DNA of 64,000 nucleotides from a candidate division WOR-3 bacterium (GTDB lineage Bacteria; Hydrothermota; Hydrothermia; LBFQ01; DSFT01): contig CBFGJN010000001.1 of NCBI GenBank assembly GCA_965649115.1, positions 568-64,567 of the forward strand. The letters run 5' to 3'. Position numbers and translations under genes: made by a program. Under the pieces are notes generated by a model. The model was not told the DNA's origin, did no database searches, and worked only from the letters and a program-made list of their open reading frames with translations. Shown here in pieces: positions 59,201 through 64,000 of the stretch (its first letter is position 1; every line of letters begins with the position of its first letter).

Positions 59201-59207
59201 TTTTCAT

Positions 59208-59225
59208 GCTTTAAAATTTTCAAAC
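59208..59225 (+). promoter_or_regulatory. Promoter-like palindrome GCTTTAAAATTTTCAAAC immediately upstream of the riboswitch
   Basis: The riboswitch P1 stem begins 1-2 nt after the motif. Confidence 0.55.
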
Positions 59226-59226
59226 A

Positions 59227-59366
59227 TGCAGGCGACAGGGAAGAGGGGTGAAATTCCCCCGCTGTCCCAGCAGCCGTGATGGGCATAAAAATTGCCCCTG
59301 AAAGCCACTGCCGAAAGGTGGGAAGGCTCAGGGGTTTTTAGCCCTAAGCCGGAAGACCTGCCTGCA
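59227..59366 (+). promoter_or_regulatory. Cobalamin (AdoCbl) riboswitch
   Basis: P1 TGCAGGC…GCCTGCA. Conserved AGGGAAGAGGGGTGAAATTCCCC, GCCACTG and GGGAAGGC elements. B12 box AAGCCGGAAGACCTGCC. A downstream hairpin CCCTTCCTG…CAGGAAGGGG can sequester the GGAGG RBS. Confidence 0.85.
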
Positions 59367-60841
59367 TGCTTCAAAACCCTTCCTGCTGGGGTTCAGGAAG
59401 GGGGGAGGTTGTAAGCTTGCTTGATACTATAATTGTTATAGATACTTTTAGATTTTTTTATAAAATTGATAGTTTAAGTAAATTTTCAGATTTTAGGGAA
59501 GTTTTTAGACAGAATAGTTCTATTATTTTTAGAGAACTTTCTAATAGGATTGTAGTTTCAATAAGAGGACTTGAAGATAAGCAAAATGAAGTTTATTTAA
59601 ATGGTGTAAAATTGAATAATCCAATTTGGGGATTTTTTTATGCTAATGCTTTACCTTTAAATTTAATAAGTTCTTCAAACGTTATTCTGAATAATTATAG
59701 AGTAAATTTTGAAATTTCAGGGGAGAAAGAAATTGGATTTTTTATTGGCTCATATAATAAATTTTCAATGTACTATAAAAATGGAACTTTTGGAATTGAA
59801 AGAACATATAATGAAAATAATTACAGATATTGGGATAGTTTTAATAGGGAATATCAAAGAAAAAATAATTTTGAAGATAAAATTGGAGGATTTTTAAATT
59901 TTAAGAATTTAAGCATCATTTTTTATGATGGAATTTTTGGAATGCCATTAAGAGGATATGGTAATGAAGGAAGCGATTTTGAAATTTATAAAGGTTTAAT
60001 TTTAAGTTATAAAAATCATTATTTTAATTATCAATTCTATCGCTATAATTATGAAAAACCCTATGAAAGCTATATATTGGATCTCAATTATTTCCAAGTA
60101 GTTTTTTCAAATATGGAAGAATTTCACAAAAGATTTATTTTCAAAATGCCTTTCAAATATCTTGGTTATTTTTCAATAGTTTTAGATGAAAACAATTTCA
60201 AATTTGACTATTTAATTTCAAAAGCTTTTAGGTATCATAATTTTATTTTTGAATTAGCACTAAAAAGAAGAATTCCAAATTTTTCTGAATTATATTATAA
60301 AAGTAATTATGCAATTGGAAATCAAAGCTTAACCCCTGAAAATTTTTACACATTACAAATGAAATATAAACTTTTTGACATTTTTATAACTTATATTCAA
60401 AATCCTATTTTATGGCTACCTGATGAAAATTATTGGAAAGCTCAAAACTTAAATTATTTATTTTTATATGGTTTTGAAATGGATTATAATTATAGATTTT
60501 TAGAGTTTTCAGTTTCTTATATCAAAAATAAGCTTTCAAATAACATGATATTGCCATATAGACCAAATTTAACAATTTCAGCCTCTATAAATTACAATTT
60601 TAGCTCTTTCTTGAAAGATAAATTAGTTTTTATATATTATTCAAAAAGACCAAGCTATTATTATCCTTCAAGTTTTTATTTAGAACCAATTTTAATAATA
60701 GATTATTATAAATTCTTTGAGTTTAAAAAGTTTTTCTTCTACATTTACTTTAAAAATCTTTTAAATAAATCTTATGAGTTTATAAAAGGCTATCCTATGG
60801 AAAGCTTTTCTTTAAACATAAAAGGAGGTTTAAAGTGGTAG
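59366..60841 (+). CDS. TonB-dependent outer-membrane receptor, BtuB-like (start uncertain; no recognisable signal peptide)
   Basis: The TonB-box-like DTIIVIDTFRF aligns with BtuB DTLVVTANRF. Plug motif VSIRGLEDKQNEVYLNGVKLNN. C-terminal aromatic (…GGLKW). A candidate TTG start at 59417 lies 8 nt after GGAGG. Confidence 0.6.
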   Translation: MLQNPSCWGSGRGEVVSLLDTIIVIDTFRFFYKIDSLSKFSDFREVFRQNSSIIFRELSNRIVVSIRGLEDKQNEVYLNGVKLNNPIWGFFYANALPLNLISSSNVILNNYRVNFEISGEKEIGFFIGSYNKFSMYYKNGTFGIERTYNENNYRYWDSFNREYQRKNNFEDKIGGFLNFKNLSIIFYDGIFGMPLRGYGNEGSDFEIYKGLILSYKNHYFNYQFYRYNYEKPYESYILDLNYFQVVFSNMEEFHKRFIFKMPFKYLGYFSIVLDENNFKFDYLISKAFRYHNFIFELALKRRIPNFSELYYKSNYAIGNQSLTPENFYTLQMKYKLFDIFITYIQNPILWLPDENYWKAQNLNYLFLYGFEMDYNYRFLEFSVSYIKNKLSNNMILPYRPNLTISASINYNFSSFLKDKLVFIYYSKRPSYYYPSSFYLEPILIIDYYKFFEFKKFFFYIYFKNLLNKSYEFIKGYPMESFSLNIKGGLKW

Positions 60842-61920
60842 CTTGGATAGATACAATATACTTATTTTCACACGGAGATGGTCAATGGTATGGTCAAAAT
60901 AACTATCCTTATATTGTTTATAATTCTCCACCTAATTCTGCTACACCTACTAATCCTTCACTTGATGTTTTATCGCTTGGAAAATATGGATTTATTATTT
61001 TTGGATTTAAAAATAAATTTACAAATTCGGAGATAAGAGTTTTTGAAAATGCTTTTATAACATCTACAAATCCTGACACGCAAGTTTTTGCTGAACCTGG
61101 ACTTCTTTACTATTCTAAAAATGGAAAATTATTTTTTATTTATCCTTTTGATACAAGCTCAAATAACATATACTATTGGAAAGGTCTTGCTGGAATAAAA
61201 CCAACGAATTATGGAGCGAATACAAATGATCCGAATGTTTGGATGGGTGATAAATTTCTATTTAATGATACTGTAAGATTTGTTTTAATAGCGGATTGGA
61301 TAGAGAAGTGTAAAAGTCAATTGTGTTCAGGTTTTGATTTAGATGCAACTGCTTGTTTAAATTGTCAAAACGATAATTATAATTATCAATTGCCTGAAAT
61401 TATTTATGCAGTAGGAATTGGTGGAGATACAAATGATTGGGAAAATAAATTAAAATTTGTAGATGGCAATTGTTTAAATATAGGTGAAAATGGGATTGTT
61501 ATTTTTAGAAATTTAAATATCATTAACAAAAATGGAATTGATTTTAAAATTAAAACAAATAAACCTGTCAGAATATATGGTGGAAATGGAAAACTGAATT
61601 TTATAAATGCTTTTTATAGTGATTCAAGAGTGGATAGTATTGGTGAAATAGATTCACTAAAATCAAGACAAATTTTAAGTCCATTTATTGTTTCTGATAC
61701 TATTAATATAATTGCTATAAGAAGCAAAGAAAATGCTTGTATTGATGGAATTGAGATTTATAACGCAAAATTAAATGAAGAAATAAAAAATTATGATATT
61801 GTAGAAATTTATAATTTAAGTGGTAAAAGGGTTTTTTATGGAAAGTATATGGATTTTAAATCAAAGGGTGTTTTTATAATAAGAAAAGGGAAACTTATCA
61901 AAAAGGAGGTAAAAAAATGA
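60835..61920 (+). CDS. Hypothetical cell-surface protein with a T9SS-like C-terminal domain, co-transcribed with the BtuB-like gene
   Basis: Overlaps the btuB-like stop. C-terminus IVEIYNLSGKRVFYGKYMDFKSKGVFIIRKGKLIKK. Confidence 0.4.
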   Translation: MVAWIDTIYLFSHGDGQWYGQNNYPYIVYNSPPNSATPTNPSLDVLSLGKYGFIIFGFKNKFTNSEIRVFENAFITSTNPDTQVFAEPGLLYYSKNGKLFFIYPFDTSSNNIYYWKGLAGIKPTNYGANTNDPNVWMGDKFLFNDTVRFVLIADWIEKCKSQLCSGFDLDATACLNCQNDNYNYQLPEIIYAVGIGGDTNDWENKLKFVDGNCLNIGENGIVIFRNLNIINKNGIDFKIKTNKPVRIYGGNGKLNFINAFYSDSRVDSIGEIDSLKSRQILSPFIVSDTINIIAIRSKENACIDGIEIYNAKLNEEIKNYDIVEIYNLSGKRVFYGKYMDFKSKGVFIIRKGKLIKKEVKK

Positions 61921-63074
61921 TAAACCTTATAGTTAGCTATGGAGCGTTTGTTATTGGTCAAAGTACAAAACAAGTTTATATTATATATCAAAATCAGATT
62001 GTTGATAGCTTTCCAACTGGAACAAGAGCTGTTCCAAATTATCTAATATCTTTTGGTGATACTTTTCTTATTGTGAATTCTGGTGGATTTTCAGATAATG
62101 GCTCAATTGCTTTTATAAAGAATAAAAACATCATATATGAACTTTTACTTCCAAGCTTTATGAATCCTATGGAAGCTGTTAAGGTAAACAACAAAATATA
62201 TTTTACTGATTTTGGAGATACTTTTAATGATAAAATTTACATTATTCAAAATTACCAAATTATTGATTCAATAAAGGTTTATAAAAGACCAAGTTCAATA
62301 GCTTATTGTTTTGGCTATATCTTTTCTACTTCAACGGGGATAAATAGTGATTATAGTTATGACGATTCGTCATTTGTTCATAAAATAAATCCTTCAAACA
62401 ATAGTGTTTTGAACTTAAAGCTTCGCTCAAATGCTAATGGTGTAAAATGTGATAATAATTATGTTTATGTAATGACAAGTGGAACTTATGATAATAATTT
62501 CAATCCTTTAAACAATTCAACAATTTATAAAATAAATCCACTGACATTTCAAATTATTGATTCTACAAAAAATTTAGAAAATGTTTCAAGTTTTGCTGTT
62601 GGTAATAATTATATTCTTGTTGGTGTTTGGAAATTTGATAGTGTAAAAGTTTATAAAATAAATAAAAATAATTTTAGTTTAATTGATAGTTTCAAATTAA
62701 ATTATGGTGGCCTTGGAGGGATTGATTTTGATGGTCAATTTTTTAAATTTTCACTTGGTGGATTTACAGGTGGTCCAAATGTAATTTATGTTTTAAAAGA
62801 AAGTGATAATACTTCATATTATTTTATTCATCATAATAGTGATGTTGGAAGTGGATTTATTAAAGGATTTATTAGTTTATCTAATTACGAGGTCGTTAAA
62901 AATAAAGTTGGAAACGGAATTATTCATTTCTCAAAAATTCAAGAAATCTATGTTTATGATATTTCAGGAAGAAAAATCCTTCATTTAAGAGATAATAAGT
63001 TAAATTTAAGAAGTTTAAATAATGGCGTTTATATTATTAAAACTGATGAAGGATATTTGAAAATTTTAAAATAA
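61917..63074 (+). CDS. Beta-propeller-like surface protein with a T9SS C-terminal domain (possible BtuG-like B12-binding protein)
   Basis: Overlapping ATGA start. Repeated (Y/F)x(T/V)D-type blade motifs (IYFTDFGD, YVYVMTSG). C-terminus NGVYIIKTDEGYLKILK. Confidence 0.4.
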   Translation: MINLIVSYGAFVIGQSTKQVYIIYQNQIVDSFPTGTRAVPNYLISFGDTFLIVNSGGFSDNGSIAFIKNKNIIYELLLPSFMNPMEAVKVNNKIYFTDFGDTFNDKIYIIQNYQIIDSIKVYKRPSSIAYCFGYIFSTSTGINSDYSYDDSSFVHKINPSNNSVLNLKLRSNANGVKCDNNYVYVMTSGTYDNNFNPLNNSTIYKINPLTFQIIDSTKNLENVSSFAVGNNYILVGVWKFDSVKVYKINKNNFSLIDSFKLNYGGLGGIDFDGQFFKFSLGGFTGGPNVIYVLKESDNTSYYFIHHNSDVGSGFIKGFISLSNYEVVKNKVGNGIIHFSKIQEIYVYDISGRKILHLRDNKLNLRSLNNGVYIIKTDEGYLKILK

Positions 63075-63089
63075 ATTGAGATAAACTTT

Positions 63090-63372
63090 ATTGGGGGTAG
63101 GGTTTTAAGGGAGTCCCCCCATAGCCTAAAAATGGACATTTAAAAGATGGATTTTTTAAAGCTGTGGGCTTAATTTTTAGGATAGGTAGGCAAAATATAG
63201 AAATACAATAACTTATAAATTTTTAAGGAAATTGTTAATTTATTGGGGGAAATTAAGGGGGGCGAAGCCCCCCACTGCCGAAAAATGGGTATTTTTAAGC
63301 CGAAGGCTTAATTATAGGGTGGGTGGGCAAAATATAGAAATGAATATATTTTTAGAATTATTGGACACAGCA
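63090..63372 (-). repeat. Two reverse-orientation repeat units
   Basis: GGGAGTCCCCCCATAGCCTAAAAATGG … and GGGGGGCGAAGCCCCCCACTGCCGAAAAATGGGTATTTTTAAGCCGAAGGCTTAATTATAGGGTGGGTGGGC … TTTTTAGAATTATTGGACACAGCA. Confidence 0.75.
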
Positions 63373-63407
63373 TTTGAACCTTTCTTATGCCCTTTAAAAT
63401 TTAAATT

Positions 63408-64000
63408 ATGCTATTTTTAAATTTTCAATTTACATGGAGTGGTTATTCAGATATTCATATAGCTGATGAGCAGATAAAAAGTGTGAAAGAAATTGGAAAT
63501 GGTTTTCTCATAACAGGATATTTCTATAATGATGATGGTTATGCTGATGTTATTATTATGAAAATTGATAAATTAGGTAATGTCGTTTGGGCTAAGTACT
63601 TTGGTGATTTTTATGTAGATGATGTTGGTTATGATATTTTAATTTTAAATGATGGTTTTTTGATTTTTGGGACAACAAATCAGGGTTCAATTGATGGCTA
63701 TAATGATTTATTTCTTGCAAAATTTACAAATAATGGAGATTTAATTTGGGCAAAAATTTATAAATATCCAGGTCAGGTTTATGCTAATGAAATTATAAGA
63801 GATAGTAATAGTTACATTCTTGTTTCAAAAATAGCTCCTGGAAATGTTTCACTTCATCCATTTGTTATAAATGTGGATACTAATGGAAATATAATATGGG
63901 CTAAATTTTATGGTTATCCTTCTGATATTCAGGAATATAGTCCTGCTTATTATTTTGATAGAATAGCACTAAAAATAAATGATGGTTTCTTTATATTAGG
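63408..64000 (+). CDS. SBBP beta-propeller-repeat protein (5' part; continues beyond the window)
   Basis: ATG at 63408 directly after CCTTTAAAATTTAAATT. N-terminus MLFLNFQFTW is paralogous to the other SBBP genes. Repeats DGYADVIIMKIDKLGNVVWAKYFG and DLFLAKFTNNGDLIWAK. Confidence 0.6.
   Translation, partial: MLFLNFQFTWSGYSDIHIADEQIKSVKEIGNGFLITGYFYNDDGYADVIIMKIDKLGNVVWAKYFGDFYVDDVGYDILILNDGFLIFGTTNQGSIDGYNDLFLAKFTNNGDLIWAKIYKYPGQVYANEIIRDSNSYILVSKIAPGNVSLHPFVINVDTNGNIIWAKFYGYPSDIQEYSPAYYFDRIALKINDGFFIL

Noticed and set aside
63232-63420. 62-aa ORF MLIYWGKLRGAKPP
   Set aside because: It is entirely inside repeat units. The GC-rich hairpin is translated as GAKPP. It is spurious.
1-64000. Search for rRNA, tmRNA, RNase P RNA and transposase or integrase genes
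   Set aside because: No convincing candidate was found by eye. All long ORFs are accounted for, and no DDE or serine/tyrosine recombinase motifs were seen.

Overview
This window is AT-rich, gene-dense DNA from a didermic bacterium. The organism is probably a thermophile of the FCB-superphylum type: its tRNAs and hairpins are GC-rich within an AT-rich genome, it encodes T9SS C-terminal sorting domains, GWxTD proteins, Lnt, TonB-dependent and OMP barrels, and a caa3-type cytochrome oxidase.

The housekeeping genes I can support are:
- fabF, acpP and a divergent rnc
- a cysK-like gene, htpX, serS, truB, gcvPB and murE
- a V/A-type ATPase B subunit
- pstB and phoU
- coxB, coxA and coxC, plus a cupredoxin/SCO1 copper-chaperone pair
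- lnt, glycosyltransferases and an epimerase
- an isoaspartyl peptidase
- tRNA-Gly and tRNA-Leu
- a cobalamin riboswitch in front of a BtuB-like receptor

Three features are not explained by ordinary gene content.

1. A very abundant family of roughly 200-bp structured repeats fills most intergenic regions. I count at least 25 copies or fragments in 64 kb, in both orientations. They have about 16-bp terminal inverted repeats (GCTGTGTCCAATAATT ... AATTATTGGACAAAGCA) and carry GC-rich hairpins (AAGCCTTCGGCTT, GGGGGGCGAAGCCCCCC, CCCACCCACCC). The hairpin stems show compensatory base changes between copies. One copy is flanked by a perfect 10-bp direct duplication, and arrays are separated by a constant 9-10 bp spacer. 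I read this as a non-autonomous MITE-like element that I do not recognise as a described family.

2. A 16-bp palindromic motif, CTTTAAAATTTT(A/C)AAG, sits 5-12 nt upstream of start codons, both tRNAs and the riboswitch. It is often shared by divergent genes. This looks like a core promoter and implies widespread leaderless mRNAs.

3. A repeat-flanked two-gene island encodes an AAA_21/ABC-type ATPase plus a small TOPRIM-like protein. This is a candidate PARIS/OLD-like anti-phage module.

Other notable items:
- a tandem cluster of SBBP beta-propeller/T9SS-cargo paralogs with a conserved non-canonical N-terminus
- a flippase-like gene broken at a T9 homopolymer
- a translationally coupled cysK-like / unknown / UbiA-prenyltransferase-TPR operon
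- an orphan V-ATPase B subunit
- a candidate BtuB-BtuG-like B12 capture locus

No rRNA, CRISPR array or transposase gene is visible.
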